DNA of 64,000 nucleotides from Chrysomallon squamiferum (lineage: Eukaryota; Animalia; Mollusca), in assembly GCA_012295275.1 (NCBI GenBank), contig CM022670.1:12524001-12588000 (forward strand). The letters run 5' to 3'. Positions 25,353 through 40,804 of this stretch are shown here, piece by piece. A program made the position numbers and the translations under genes. The notes under the pieces are model-generated. The model saw only the letters and a program-made list of their open reading frames with translations. It was not told the DNA's origin and ran no database searches. How positions within the stretch are numbered: the stretch's first letter is position 1; each line of letters starts with the position of its first letter.

Positions 25353-26635
25353 CTAATTACGGCACCGATATGAATCGATCCCAGCAACGTTCAAATCTCA
25401 GACGAATATTTCAACTGTTTCCATTCACAAATTTAATAATGACAGTTTAATAAAGGCACTTCTTACATCACGACCGATTCCGTTTCCTTCTTTTAGGTCG
25501 TTAAGCGAATTGGTTTATAAGGAGACATGTCTATAATGATTATTATATAACTTACCACAAGCTTGTGACATCTGCTAATATGATTGTAAAGTGCTTTGGA
25601 AGTTAACCACCTCTCAAACGAAAGCCTAAATAAATCAAAAATAAATAAATAAATAAATAAGTACAACGATATACTGTTATATGTTAAATGCTGAAACCAT
25701 CCAGATAGCAATTACATGAAAACAAAAACAAAAAGTCTCACATTCAGCCCCCAGATATCACAGACATTGTTAATACAAGATTATATATTACAACTATAAT
25801 AACGAAGGTTTATTATGAATAAGAAAACATATCGATGTGTAGAAAACCCCGAGAGTTTTCCTTATCGAACTTCATACATTCTCATCCTGTTTTTCATTTT
25901 CTTTATTTCTTTATTTATATTTGAAGTGATCGGGGACAATTCAAGGATTCGATCTCTGGTTCTCAAACTCGTGGAATAGATCATTCTTATTGTTGTATTA
26001 CGACCTTTCTCTAACTACCCAAAACCCATGATTTTTTCCCTTCCACACCAGCTAGCCATTAACATCGACAAACAAGGAGAAGGATTGCTCTGCAATATAA
26101 AAGGTTAACAGCTATTGATGTAAATATGCTAAGTAAAATCACGCAGGGACAGAATAATTACCACTTGTATTATAGTGCTTATTAGGCGTTCACTTTTAAT
26201 CTGATGGCCTTGATTACCTCTCAGCCAATTACAACTTGGCCTACAAGTCATGAGGCCCTAATGAGGTTGTAGTATCAAAAATATATTTTAGATAATTCGA
26301 AATATTGATTTGATTACCATTCTGTCAGCATAATATGTTTTGTATGTGAGTTCTTTGATCTGTTGTGGTTTAGTCAAAAAAAGAGAAGATACGAGGATTA
26401 TGTAACAAAAATAATTTAGAACTTTATACGTATCGATTAAACGATATTTCTCACCAAGCATTGATTTTGATTTTGTCTGACAATCATTCGCTCATTATGT
26501 TTAATATCAAAAATGGTTGTACAGTTATTAAAATTTTAAATATTTCGATTTTCTGAGTTGAAGGTACTTTTTTCTCAGTCCACTGATCAAATATAATTTA
26601 TTGTCCTATTTTTTTTTATTTTTTTTATTTAATGA

Positions 26636-26677
<42 letters not shown>

Positions 26678-26702
26678 ACATATATATGTGTATAATATAT
26701 AA

Positions 26703-26766
<64 letters not shown>

Positions 26767-26827
26767 ATGATCATATATATATATATATATATAATGACAA
26801 CAAAATAACTAAAATCATTTAAATTAC

Positions 26828-27088
26828 TTGATATTTATATTTATCCACTTTTTTCGTCCTTCTTAAGTCATTCCACATATGGCTAACAGTTGTGCATATT
26901 TTTATGAGTAACTGAATAAAGACGGCACAATAACTGAAAATTCTTGACATCGATTTACAGGTCTCGTCTGAGCAAACGCAGCTTTTGTCCATCTGTCCTT
27001 TGGTCCATTTGTATGTCTTTGTCCTCATGTCATGCATCTCTACGAATGTCGGTTTGACTTCCGTCCTTCTGTATCCACTTACGATTGT
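26828..27088 (-). pseudogene. Exon-like segment (261 nt, phase 0-0), possibly from the same unidentified locus
   Basis: ttttacag|ACAATCGTA...TATCAA|gtaatt; 87 open codons TIVSGYRRTEVKPTFVEMHDMRTKTYKW...VDKYKYQ; phase compatible with the exon starting at 20361. Confidence 0.4.
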
Positions 27089-27374
27089 CTGTAAAATATA
27101 TTATTGATCTTGCATTATTCTGTCATTGATGAAATCACAGATTGTTGGATGTTATTGAAAAATTATCATCATCATCATCATAATAATAATAATAATAATA
27201 AATCAAAACGAGTATAATAATAAGAAGAATATAATTCAGTTACTATAGAAATATGAAATCTCGATATGCAAAAACTGGCAAAAACAAGATAAAAAGATTA
27301 AAAGAAAACAAAATCACAGACATATAGACAGAGATGAAGATACAGACACGTTTGTTATAAAAGAGATATAATAA

Positions 27375-27379
<5 letters not shown>

Positions 27380-27468
<89 letters not shown>
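27380..27468. repeat. (AG)n microsatellite
   Basis: Direct reading. Confidence 0.97.
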
Positions 27469-27473
<5 letters not shown>

Positions 27474-28786
27474 TTATTTTATTCTATATTTTTTTATTAT
27501 TTTATTTATTTATTTATTTAGTTGTTTATTTATTATCCTTTTCTCAGGATACTTCTTCTTCATCATCATCAGTATTTTTTTTCATCTTCGGTTTCTTCAG
27601 CTTGTTTTTCCTGTAAAAGAACCCTGCAACTAAACATGACATCCTAAATTAAAATCATAGCAGTTTTTTATTTTTTTATTTTATTATTTTTTATTAGCCT
27701 CCGTACAAGGCCTCTAGTCGTGCTCAGACTTCATAATTTTCTTTTATTCTTTCTTTCTTTTTATTTCACTTCTCTCGGCCAGTCAATCAAAGAATATGTT
27801 TACGACCGGTGACCAGTCGCTCTGTGAAGAGAGTGACAATGAAATTCAAGGGGTGATGGATGAATTGTCGAAACTGATGAAAACGTCATTTCTGCCACTA
27901 TGGCCAGCTTTGTTTGTCAAATTCCTTTTATTTTTGCTCGCCCAGATTAATGACAGCGTCCAGCATTTGCATACTTGGGCATCGATCGCTGTGAATTGGG
28001 GGTCTTTGTAACAGGGACGGCGTTTTTCATATAAAAACCAGTCCACGCCAAAATCGTCCATGATGGAATCATTTCTGCGTGTATGCTTCGGTATTGATTT
28101 TGTAACGTGATACGGTTGCTACGTTTGGGACTGGGGATATTGACGGGACGATAAAATATCCGTAGTTTCCATTATCTAAATATCGTTTATCTCTGTGGCA
28201 TTCTTCTAGCGGTTAATTTCATAACTTTTCACAATATGGCGGAATTGTATTACAGGATGCCGCAAAACCAAACGTACTAGATGTGATTTTTTTTGATGAT
28301 TAATGGTTAGAGTTTCACGAAGAATATAATCAAATATTTAAATAAATGAATTAATGTCTGTTGTTTATTCCAGATTATAGAATTTTTTTGAAAATAATAT
28401 GAAGTAACTGAAACGTCCCCATGTTGTGAATATACTTACGGCTTTCATTTTTGTAAAGTTATTATATATTTTTTTTTTTTTGTAATATCTAAAAATCTTA
28501 CCATCTATCTTTTTTTTTTTTTTTTTTTTTTTTATTATTATATTATTTTTTTATTATTTATTGGAAAGTTAACAATAGAAGATTGAAAAAGTTCGTACCA
28601 GTTGGTTTTTTGTTGAAACTCAACTGAATCAACTAATACTGATTGTGAAAATTGTCTGGAAGGAAATTTTTCTTTTGATAAATTATGAAATAATAATAAA
28701 TTAATAAATAAAAAAACCCAAATAAAAAACATAAAAAGTAAAGCCTGTTCGCCCAAACACAAAATATATTTTGAAGATATAACACG

Positions 28787-28787
<1 letters not shown>

Positions 28788-28852
<65 letters not shown>

Positions 28853-28860
28853 TAATAATA

Positions 28861-28919
<59 letters not shown>

Positions 28920-28965
28920 AAAGAAAGAAAGAAAGAAAGAAAAAAGAAAAAAGAAAGAAAGAAAA
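28788..28965. repeat. Compound (AAT)n-(AAG)n-(AAAG)n microsatellite
   Basis: Direct reading. Confidence 0.95.
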
Positions 28966-29133
28966 TAAATGAATATATAAATAAAAGAGTACAAAAAACA
29001 AAAAATTCAAAAAATAAAAAGATAAAAAGACAAAACCTAACTGTAATTTAGATGGATCTAGCTACAGATGCAAACGGAGTCTTTTTATTAGTGTTTCTTT
29101 TTTCATTTTTGTCTTCTTTTAGTCGAAATGCAT

Positions 29134-29181
<48 letters not shown>

Positions 29182-30419
29182 AATTTTGCATCATTTAAAT
29201 GAAAACAAACATGAAGCGCAAAGCCTGGAGTTTAATTTGAATCATTTTCACCAGAAATGTAAATGGCGTCCTTTGCTGGAATACGGCGCCAAATTCTTCC
29301 ACCCAAATGAACTGATCCTTTATGCCATATGTTGCGCCATGAAGTGACTTAAGATTGTCAAGATAGGCAGCGAAATTCATTCTCCTTTTTTCCCCACTTC
29401 TTGTGGAATAATGATTATTTTGCGTGATCAGAGTTTTGCCGGAAAAAACCCACACAAGGACAAAAAAAAAAAAAAAAAAAATAATAATAATAAAAAAAAA
29501 AATAAAATATTTTTAAAACATTGTCTTGGCGACATGTTTATTTAACCTTCCAACTTTTTATTCTGTCTTCGTTGCGTGTGGTTGTCAGACTGGAGGAAAA
29601 CTAAACACTCAATGATTGATTCTTCAGTTATTTCTATAATAATAACAGAGAGAGAGAGAAAAAAAATTCACCAACAGCCAGCGTGGATGTCGTCCCGCAG
29701 TCGTGGGATAATCTCGTCCATTGTTTAACACTGGAACGTACTTCCATTGCGTTAGATTGTCGAATGGCGAGCAAATTGGACTGTCCAGCGATGATTGTTT
29801 GGCCTTTGACAGTTCCAGAAACCACTCCTCAGACACAATAGCTTTGAATGACATCCAAATATCAGGCAAGCCAAGCATTAGTTTGTCCAAATTGGAAAAT
29901 AAACTATATCAGCAACGACAGCTGAAAATGTCCTCGAAGAATTGTGATCGAAAGAAATTACCGAAGGATGTTCGTTTAGGATTACTGGAAAGATTTATTT
30001 TATTTGTTGTTAACAAGATACTCTTGTGACGATATATTATTTAAAATTACCTGTAGATTTATTTCATGTTAACAGTGCATTATAAACTGTTGGTATTTGA
30101 TAAATATCATCTGAGAGATTCGTTTAGCGATAAACTTTATGTTTAGTTAATTAGTGATTCATTTTAATTTAGACTCTTTAATAAAACATTTCTACTCTAT
30201 GATTTTTGTCTAAAATGTTTTGGAAGTCTGTCTCAGTTGTGTTATATTCATAAATATGTTTTTATATATAAGGCCAGATGTGTACAGTAAATCATATTCC
30301 TATAGCTTCAGAAATGAAATATTTAAAAATAATACATCGATTCCAGTGTAATATCATCATTATATTCCTTTTCCTTCCTAAATAAATAATGTAATACGAA
30401 AACAGTGTATTAAAAAACA

Positions 30420-30462
<43 letters not shown>

Positions 30463-30737
30463 AAAAAAAACGTATAAATAAATAAATAAATACATAAATA
30501 AACAGTGTTCATTAAAGTTTAACAGCAACACAGTAGATGAAATATACGATTTCAAAGGTACACTTTCTTTAATCTAATTCGAACTTTAAAATATGGAACA
30601 CTGAAAATATCTTTTTATATATAAATATAATATTAAAATGAGCAGAAACATTATTACCATACACACACCCATGCACATAAACACAAACACAAACACCATT
30701 CACTGACTCACTAACCACATACAGTACATCATCCATG

Positions 30738-30809
<72 letters not shown>

Positions 30810-32674
30810 GTCTCTGTCTATCTCTCTGTCTCTCTCTCTCTAAAACACAAAATAAATAGGAACACAAATCGGACAAGCAACCGAAACAGTAAACTATGAG
30901 AACGGTGATTTATATACTTATATGGCTTTATTCTGTCTACTGCAAGGATTCGTGGCGCCAGCCTGCACATGGGAATTGTCTTGAAAATGTTTGCAGACTG
31001 CCCGGTTGAATCACTAAAGTTATCTAGTCGTGGAAACGATGCAGTCAAAACGTCAGAGTTAATGGTAGGGAAGCGTGGAAATGATTTGTTTATGTCCGAG
31101 TAAAGAAAAAAAAATATCTGAAGAACAAAAATTAAGATTGTATCTCTTTTCATCACAGTTTAAGAGTTTGTGTGAGACTGGTGGACGCAGAATGGTTTAT
31201 TCATATCGCTTTTCAACACTGATGTAGGATTATCGAATCTTTTTCTGAACACATTGTATTTTTGCAGTGATGTATAATACCACAGTAATAACAGAGACAT
31301 TGAAATGTAGTCTAATGTCTTAGGTTGTATTTTTTGTGTTTTTGTGTGTTTTCTTTTATTTTTTTTTTTCTTTTTTTTTCCAAAAGCAAACCACGTCTGC
31401 TCGAGTAAGCAAGAGTTATTTAGCAGTGTAAATTGTCCTGTCCTTTCCTACAGAAAAAAATATCTTGATTTAAACAGACAAGGAAAAGAAATTTAGTTAG
31501 CTGCATTCTTTTGTGCGTCTGACATTTTAAGAAGAATAAGAAGAGAAAGAAGAAGAACAAGAAGAAGAAGAAAAAATATAAATTTGGTCAACTATTCCTC
31601 TAAGCTGCTCAGTTTCATAAAGTTATTTCATTTTTTTCACGATCAGATTAAATTTTTGTTGATGAATATTTTTTATTATTATTAGCAAAAAATTCAGGAC
31701 ATAACGTGAATAGTTGGGGATATTATCTGTACAGAACGAGACTGTTAACCCTTTTGAGTTTAAGACTTAGCACACAGAACAGCGAAACCCGTTTATTTCA
31801 ACATAACAGAATCAAACCACAAACAAAAATCTAACATGGCATCAACTTTCAAATCAGCTGCACCTGTCCAGGGTTGAATTTTATATTGAGGACTGAGTAT
31901 CATGGATATATAAACAAATTACCTTTCATCTTTCACTAAAACAACAACAACAACAACAACAGCAACAAAATAATAATAAAGATGATGATGATGATGATAA
32001 TAATAATAATAATAATAATAAAATTCTGACAATCCCTCTTCCTCCCCTACAACTACCCACGCAGAAATTTACTTTAAGACTGGTAATTATTTTCATCCAC
32101 TTCATGTAGCAATCTAGAAACGAAACAATAAAAAGGTATGAATTATCGTCAAACACTGACAAGATAAACAAATATAACAGACTGGTAACTCTGCTTTCCC
32201 TTACCATCTTCAGTTTCTATTTCGAGAAATGAAAACACACGACTTAGGAAAAGAAGAAGAAGAAAAAAGGACACACTTCAATTTAGACCGAGAGTTTGTC
32301 TCGCTCAAGACAAAAGATCAATTCTTCACGAAATTGACTTTTGTTTCCAAATTGTATCTCCACTGACGTTAGACGCAACAACTGATTGTCACAAACGAGT
32401 TATCTGACATCGTATACAAAACATCTGCTTCTTGTCACAATATTTAGAGTTCTCGATTCTGGAAAAGACAGTGTTTTGACCATGATTGTATTAGGAGGCC
32501 GAAGAACGTGATCAAAAACAAACAATTAGCAAAGATAAACTCAAAACAGGAGGCAAATCAGGATCTGGTTGGGTTTTTTTTATTGTTTTTTTTTGTTTTT
32601 TGCGTGAGGTATGTTAAATGTTAGGCCTATCTGAGTCATCCGAACAAGATCTTATTATTTGAAATCGAGGTTTT

Positions 32675-32855
32675 CTCTTCTGAAAACAGACAGTGGTTCC
32701 CAAACGTAATAATCTGTGACTTTTAAACTTTATCAGTGTATTTCTAAACGCGATTTGTTTCTCGAAAAAGACAATCCGACCAAGAATCTCTTCTAAAAAC
32801 AGTCGGTGGTTCCCAAACGTAATAATCTGTGACTTTTAAACTTTATCAGGGTATT
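32675..32855. repeat. Direct duplication of about 65 bp (period about 114)
   Basis: gtggttcccaaacgtaataatctgtgacttttaaactttatcag is present twice, identically. Confidence 0.9.
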
Positions 32856-33485
32856 CTTCAGAAAGATATCTCTGTAATCTAAATACGATCTATACCATTG
32901 AAATACGTTCTACGTCGTCTGAATGTAAATCTATTCCCTCTGCATTCGACATGTGTTTCAGAATTATCAGATTGCGACCCAAACCACGTCAATGTGATCA
33001 GTGCATCTAAACACTCAAATAGGTTCGCAAATTTGATCGTTTAAATTAATTTTACATTCTGTTACGTAACAGTTGCACTGGCAACCGAGACAGTCATAAG
33101 AAGACGTTTAGAGTGATGTCCCTTCCCATGTTTATGCAAGCAAGAATAATGGCTGGATCGAAATAGCATGAAATACAACGACATTTTCGAATACGTCTAC
33201 ATATGGGAATTCACTGTGGTAAGTAATTTTGAACAGTCTTTCTTGGTGGTGTCTTTTCAATTATAGAGCAGTCCAGGAAACTGTAGATATTATAATATAA
33301 CTGGTGACGTCTTAATCTGGGGGAAATTATAACTGTATACAATGATACAAATTGTACAGAAGAAATACATCAAGATAAAATCATCTACTTATATCTCTTT
33401 CTAATGTAATGACGATGATGATGATGATAATAATGATTATGATAATGACAACAACAACATTAACAACAACAACAACAACAACAAC

Positions 33486-33525
<40 letters not shown>

Positions 33526-34526
33526 GTAATAATAATAACATAGACTACAAGCAAACAGGTACACTCTCGGGTTCACCGCATCATTTTTTATCTGTCCCTG
33601 TTTTTAATTATAAGATATAAGCAGTAATTGTTACAAACGTCTGCATAATAAAGGTTTTGTAAAAGCAATTACATATCAGAAATGTATATCTGAAAATGAT
33701 TATAGTATACTCATTGTGATTTTTATCCTACGTAAAAACAAATCAAAATATCATAGGTATACAGCAAGTTACTTCTACGATAATAATTATATACTATGAA
33801 ACATATCCAGACATGATTATTTTAAAACTATTACAGTTCTGATTATAATCTGCTCGAGACGTGTGTCCGAATTAACGATTAAATCTAAGAATTACATCAA
33901 AATAAAATCTGTAAATTAAATCAGTATCGAGCAAGTGCTATAGATTCTTGATAAATACTTGTACATCTAGGATGAAATTTCTTTCTGTTCAGATTTGTTA
34001 AATTGAGCGTTTCTGTTAACATTAAATATACATATCTTTGAAATTCATCGCTGTTACTGATTCATTTTGAAATGTCACAATTTCAAGGTTCAGTAAAAAA
34101 ATATTAGAATTATGAAATAAACTAAATCCTAGTAAAATTTGTGAATGCCAGCTGAATAGGTGTATCTGTCATCTGCGCTACAGTTGTTGGTTTTTAATTG
34201 TTTTTAATTTTGTTTTGTTCATCTTGTTATTTTTCTTTCTGTTAGATTTGTTGTTCTTAGTTTTTTTCGTTATTTATCTTTTTATTTTTTATTGTTGTCA
34301 AAGTCATCATTATTATTTTTTTCATCTTAACATCATAATCAACATCATTTTGTTGTCTACTTCCATTATGATGTGAAAGGCTTTAAAAGAAGGAAAAATA
34401 AAAAGACAAGTAATTTGATGTTTTACTTTCAGTCCTTTCGGGAACATTTTTATATATAACATTATCTATCTGTATTTTAAATTAATATACCTTAGCTGTC
34501 AAGCATATAAATCCTGTTTTCTTTCG

Positions 34527-34903
<377 letters not shown>

Positions 34904-36207
34904 TCAGACAGATAGGCAAATATATATAGTTATATTAGTTGTATTGTATTGATCTTAGTGTGAAGTATAACCTTGCAGCTTTTAGCACTGAAATATCAAT
35001 AGTGAGAAATATTACAGTACTTTTTGCAGCGATCAGATTCTGACATGTAACATCGCATATTGTTGTAATACATTACATAACATATATTAACAGCATTAAA
35101 ATGATTACAAAATATCCCAAACGAAGACTGTATCTGGAAACCTATTGCCTCTCAGATATATACTAGTTCCAGATCGATGCTAGAAATCCTATCGTGTGAA
35201 CGTACCTTCAGCAATACTAGTGTACCATGCATACATTATTTTAATATGCTTCCTCTCACACTCACATAGTATATGTCTAGTGTGAACAAAGTCATGGTTT
35301 CAGCATAAAGGTTCATAATACCATACATTATCCCTTTGGTATTTGATTATCGACTAGTACGAACGAATCTATAGTAAAGAGCATTGTTTTAACATGCATA
35401 TTGATTGGTAATGGTGATATACCATATCGTAATTAGCCTGTTGTAACTCGTTATATAACGGAACAAACGCATATTCGTTTGCAATACACAGGAGAGGTTA
35501 TGAAGCAAAAGGAATATAGCCATCGAATAACTCAACTAAAAGATTCTATTACAAAACGCCCAGTTAAATATCTCACACAAATTGACTTTTCCAATTCTTT
35601 TTCGCCTCTGATTTGCGCTGGAAGAAGTAATGTTCTTTAAAACAGTTATGATTTATGCTCTCTTTCATTATAGAAGCTTGTATTTTATGCCGTTTTAAAA
35701 ATTGCTATGAATTGTATTAAGTTTGTATTGATTAGAGAGGTATTCTACATTACAGTTTAAAGCAAGTTAGTCACTACAGTCTTTTATATTTATTAAATAT
35801 ATTTTTAAATCAACGAAAATAATATTATTTGTCATATTATATAATCTTTATTTTTTTGTATTTTTTTTAATGGCGACTTTTATCATAATGTTTCAGATAT
35901 GTTTGTTTTATTGTTAAATGCATATGTGATTGAATTTTTCACAGTAAATGTTTATATTGCGTATAATATAGATTAAAATGAGGATTAAAGAGACAATAAG
36001 ATATACTCCGTAAAAATAAACATTTCTGAAATGTGCAGGAATTCGAACAAAACCGGCATCTTCTGTACAAGATAGGCCCCTCTTCTAAATATGATGAGTT
36101 TCTGTCCTCTATAAGATGAATGTTATTATGTGTTATTGAAAAATAAAAATCTGATTTCACATATTCACACGACACACACATGTATTATACACGATGGTCA
36201 TGCATTG

Positions 36208-36545
36208 CGTACAAGAAATTCGTGCGAATCGTACAAGACAGTCGTACAGAACAGTCCAACATTATCTACAGTTCTTTGATAAGTTATACAAATTAATTTA
36301 TATGTGTTGTAAAAGACAGTTATACGTATCGAACAAAACATCCATATGTTCATAACTATCGTACAAAAAGTCACACGTATCGTACAAAACAGTCACCCGT
36401 ATCGTACAAAACAGTCATACATTACATTCAAGACAGTCATACGTATTGTATAAAATAGCCATACATTACGTACAAAGCAGTCATATATATAATACACTAC
36501 AGTGGCATGTGTCTTACAAAACAGTCCTAGGTTTCATACATATAA
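36208..36545. repeat. Degenerate 22-bp minisatellite, consensus about CGTACAAAACAGTCATACGTAT
   Basis: Successive units such as cgtacaaaaagtcacacgtat, cgtacaaaacagtcacccgtat and cgtacaaaacagtcatacatta. Confidence 0.85.
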
Positions 36546-38103
36546 GACATTATGTGTTCGACACAAGAACATCAAATTTCCATATGTTTCATACATGACA
36601 GAAATATGTTAACATATATTACGAGACAGACAGAATGTCACTGGAAATTGCCACGCGATTCCAAGAGCGACATCTAGTGGAAACTCGACGCCAAGACGCC
36701 TTCTCGTACATTTTTACGTCTTGACACTAATGTACCACTCAGTTCCTGCTACAGCGGATGTGATTTGAATTTTATGTAAAACAAGGCAATGCGGTTCGGT
36801 TTGTTGCCGGTTCCAGTTACAAGCGAATCTGTGTTCAATTGGCAATTGCTTCTCTGCATGTCAGTGTTTGACAGATTAATTGTAATACGACGTCCACCAT
36901 CGCATAACAGTTATTTACCTTTATATCGTGTTTGTCTAGCTCTAGTGTTTTGTATTTCTAATACAGCTTTGCGTTTACTTCTGACATTTCGTTCTGGACC
37001 GTCCTGTTTTATTCATTATTTTTTGGTATTAACACCGTTTCGGTGAATGGTTTGGCGTGTGATATTAACTTTTCGACTTGGAATATTCTTTTTTTATTCA
37101 TTATTTAACCTAAACATTTTTACCAAGTTAGTTTGTGCGCAGCTAAATACTGAGTATTATTTTATTTTTAATTCAGTTTAAGCTGATAGAGCTTATTTTT
37201 GGTGAGATCATCTTTAGGAGTTTTTTTGCATTATGCTTAGTTATATTATGTGCATACATCATAGTAATTGTGCTCACTATCCGTTTGGGTTTTTATTTTT
37301 GCTAAATTTCGTTATATGTTCGTAACTAATTATATTTTACTTTACGTACAGGACCCAGTTATTCAATCGTATATTCATTTATTATTATAGGCGTTTTTTA
37401 AACTTTTAGAGTTTTTATTTTGAATTCAATTTTAGTTGTTAACTGGATAATAGCTACTGGCATTTCTAGAAAAAAATCTACATTATTCATTGCACATTAA
37501 CATTCTGTTGGTAGTTTTGCTTGTTGTAAATGCCATTTCGTTTGTGAAAAAAAAATGAAATCTATTTTGAAATAATTCTTTCATTTATAGTTTTATTTTG
37601 ATTAATTTTATTTTAATTTTCATCATTTATATAATAAAATAAAATAAAACAGTATCAAATTCTTCGAACAGATAAGATTGACATATATTTTTTTTTTTTA
37701 TTAAGTGTTGTGTATTAATTTATTTTGATAGTACTTCATTTAATTACAAAGAAAATAAGCAATGAAAGAAACTAAAGAAGGAAGGAAGCTGTAAAAGGAT
37801 GGAAACAAGAAACAAAAGAATAAAGGAAAGAAGATAAAAGAAAGACAAATGAAAAAACAATAGAAAAGTGACGGACTTTAAAACGATTTTCAATAATCTG
37901 TGTTTAAATTGCTTTGTAACGAAACAAAATTGAAATATTCAATTTATATCCACATCACGGACGGCTTAGGCCGTTTAAAATTAATGTTGCACACGTGTGA
38001 GGGTTGTAAAAACAAAGTGCAGAAGAAGGGGACATCAAAAAAAAGAAGAGAAAAAAACGCAATAAAAAAACTTTTAAACCAGAATCGTCAGAAAGAGAGA
38101 GAA

Positions 38104-38134
<31 letters not shown>

Positions 38135-38279
38135 GTGAAATAAAAATTCAGTAATCATGCAGACTGAATATTTCTGACATATTTTTGAATTTCTTTCTGA
38201 GCTTTTAAACGCACTCTGTGATGTCAAAAAAATCAATTAAACATTTTGAATATTTTTTACATTTCAGCCATCCCTCGTA

Positions 38280-38420
<141 letters not shown>

Positions 38421-38950
38421 AATAGCTTTGTCTCTGTTTTCATGAATTACTTCTTCTCTCTGTCTCTGTTTCTAGACCACTGATCTCTGCAATAAATCAC
38501 GGTCTCATCATTACTGAGCTAAAGTTGCGGTTATGTTCCTATTGATCAATGATACGGTAATGCCAGAAATAATTAGAGTTCCCAAACCCCTGATTAGCAT
38601 AGAGAATGGTTGCCAAATTGCCATCGTATTGGGTTAAACGCTTTCACTTTTCAAGATGGCTTTACGATTTTCGGTTCCTTTGACTTCGTCCGACACTAAC
38701 AGATGCATTAGTGTTTTGGCGTTTTATTGTTCTTAGCAGAACAAGAGGCGTAAAAGTTTCATGATTGGAGACCGACGGAGTATTACGAAATGTTGGTCGT
38801 TAAATTGTCACAGAAAAGAGAGAAGACAGAACTCTCAATGTTTTAAGACTAGTCGTTTTTTTTTGTTCTATGCGTATGTGTGTGTTTGTGTGCGTATGAC
38901 TGTAATGTGTGTGTGTGTGTGTGTGTATTCATTATTATTATTATTATTAT

Positions 38951-38988
<38 letters not shown>

Positions 38989-40439
38989 TTGAGGCAGACG
39001 ATCATACATACACAGAGAGAAAACCAAGGATAGAAAAAAATAAAGAAACAAAGAATGAATGAGAGACATGATTAAGAAGAGGACAGAGCGAGAGAGAGAG
39101 AGTGAATAAATATGCTGAGTGACATTTACACAGTGATCATTCAGTTATCTCTAGAGATGCCAATCTGGGCCATTCGATCATGCAATGGGATGATCAGTAG
39201 TACGAGCAAATTAAATCGCTTCAACTAACATGAATGTCAACACTGTACTGGGAATAATAACCAAATATTCACTTCATTTGATCAGGACAAAAGTGTTACA
39301 AATTCCACAGTAGTCTGATTGCTGCTTAATGTCTATGTGATCAAGATCCAATTCGTTAAAACTAAATAAAAAATAAAAACCAAAAATAACGATAGTAACT
39401 TTAAAGCAGAACAAAATCGTACACTGACTCTAAACAGCCCAAACTTTATATGTTTCTTTTTCTATTATTTTTATCCTTTGTTCCTTTATAAAGAAAAAAA
39501 AAATAACTGTATTAATTTTTTAATCGAAGGTTATACTGGATTCTTTTCTTTTCTATTTCACTCCACTTCGAACATTATATACTTACATGAAAAACTAACA
39601 TAATGTTAATAAAATATTTATTTAGTTCATGATTCCTTTATAGAAAATAAAGCTCTTTTTAATGGTATATCCATTATTATGTAGCATTTAAATAACTCTT
39701 ATTTATCAATAGAAATTTTTTACATTTTTTATTTTTTATTATCGTTTTTATTTAAGCAATAAAATGATTAGACCGATGGTCGTTATTTCAAATGTCTGTT
39801 ATTCACAGGAGACATATTGCTCTTACAGAAGATGCTGAACAGAAGACACAAAGTCGTTGTAAAAGTTTCTTGTCGTTCGAGATAGACAGATACTGTTTCT
39901 TTAAGATGCAAATCAAAGTGAAAATTATAATCATTTGTTATTCACGGATGTGGTCCAGTGAGGCCAGGCCGCCTGTCTGTACTGATGCAATAACATCGCG
40001 TGTTTATTTTGGTAACTTTTTTTTTTTAAATATATTTTTTTTCTAAGAAGAAAAAAAAATTATATTCTGCACGCAATTATTTATGCAACGGGCAGTGATA
40101 AACATTTCTGAATTCTTGTTGGCATAAAGACAACCACTTGCCAGAAATATTTGCATAAAAACCAACTCTGCCCACGTCTTGACGTCGCATTGTCTTTCTC
40201 TGTGCCAGTTCCAGCATTTTTTTTCCAAGGAATGAAACCGAAGCACATTACTACTACTGTTAGCTGTAGCTTTTATTTACTTTAAAACAAGCGATAGCTC
40301 AGTTTTATTGCCTCATCAAAACCATTAATTCTGATGAGAGGAAATCAGGTTTGAGCATTTCATTACCACGCTGTAAAAATTATTGTGGACAACGACTTCA
40401 CTGATGTCGACGTCCACGCCATGTAGCAGTAATATTGAT

Positions 40440-40476
<37 letters not shown>

Positions 40477-40804
40477 GTGGCTTATTTAGATTCAATAAAT
40501 TTAATATAAATTATATAGATGTCTTTGAGTTCGGTATAACCGGGTGATGAATTGTTGCGGTACTATTTCTTTGTCGACATTTACAAACGAGAAAGTGATT
40601 AAAGAGAATGTCCTTTTTCGTTTCTTTACACGATCATTTTCGTATTTGTTTTAGTCACATTACTGTCGATGACACACGGAATTCAGTCATATGTTCGGCT
40701 TGGTTCATTCATAACAGAAAAAAAAATGACAACTGAATTTAATAATACTTTAGCTAGCCCGGTATTCTTAATAGGTTTTCTCAAATTTCAAGAAATTAAT
40801 ATCC

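Noticed and set aside
25556-25625. Minus-strand 70-nt segment with good acceptor and donor (LSFERWLTSKALYNHISRCHKLV)
   Set aside because: Its open frame is phase-incompatible with the upstream 26828 exon end, and it overlaps a repeat-derived 16-mer.
36208-36545. Regular repeats as a CRISPR-like array
   Set aside because: Head-to-tail units with no unique spacers, in eukaryotic DNA; an ordinary minisatellite.
40331-40350. CTGATGAGAGGAAA, resembling a hammerhead ribozyme core
   Set aside because: Only 3 nt between CUGAUGA and GAAA, so no stem II, and no supporting stems I/III.
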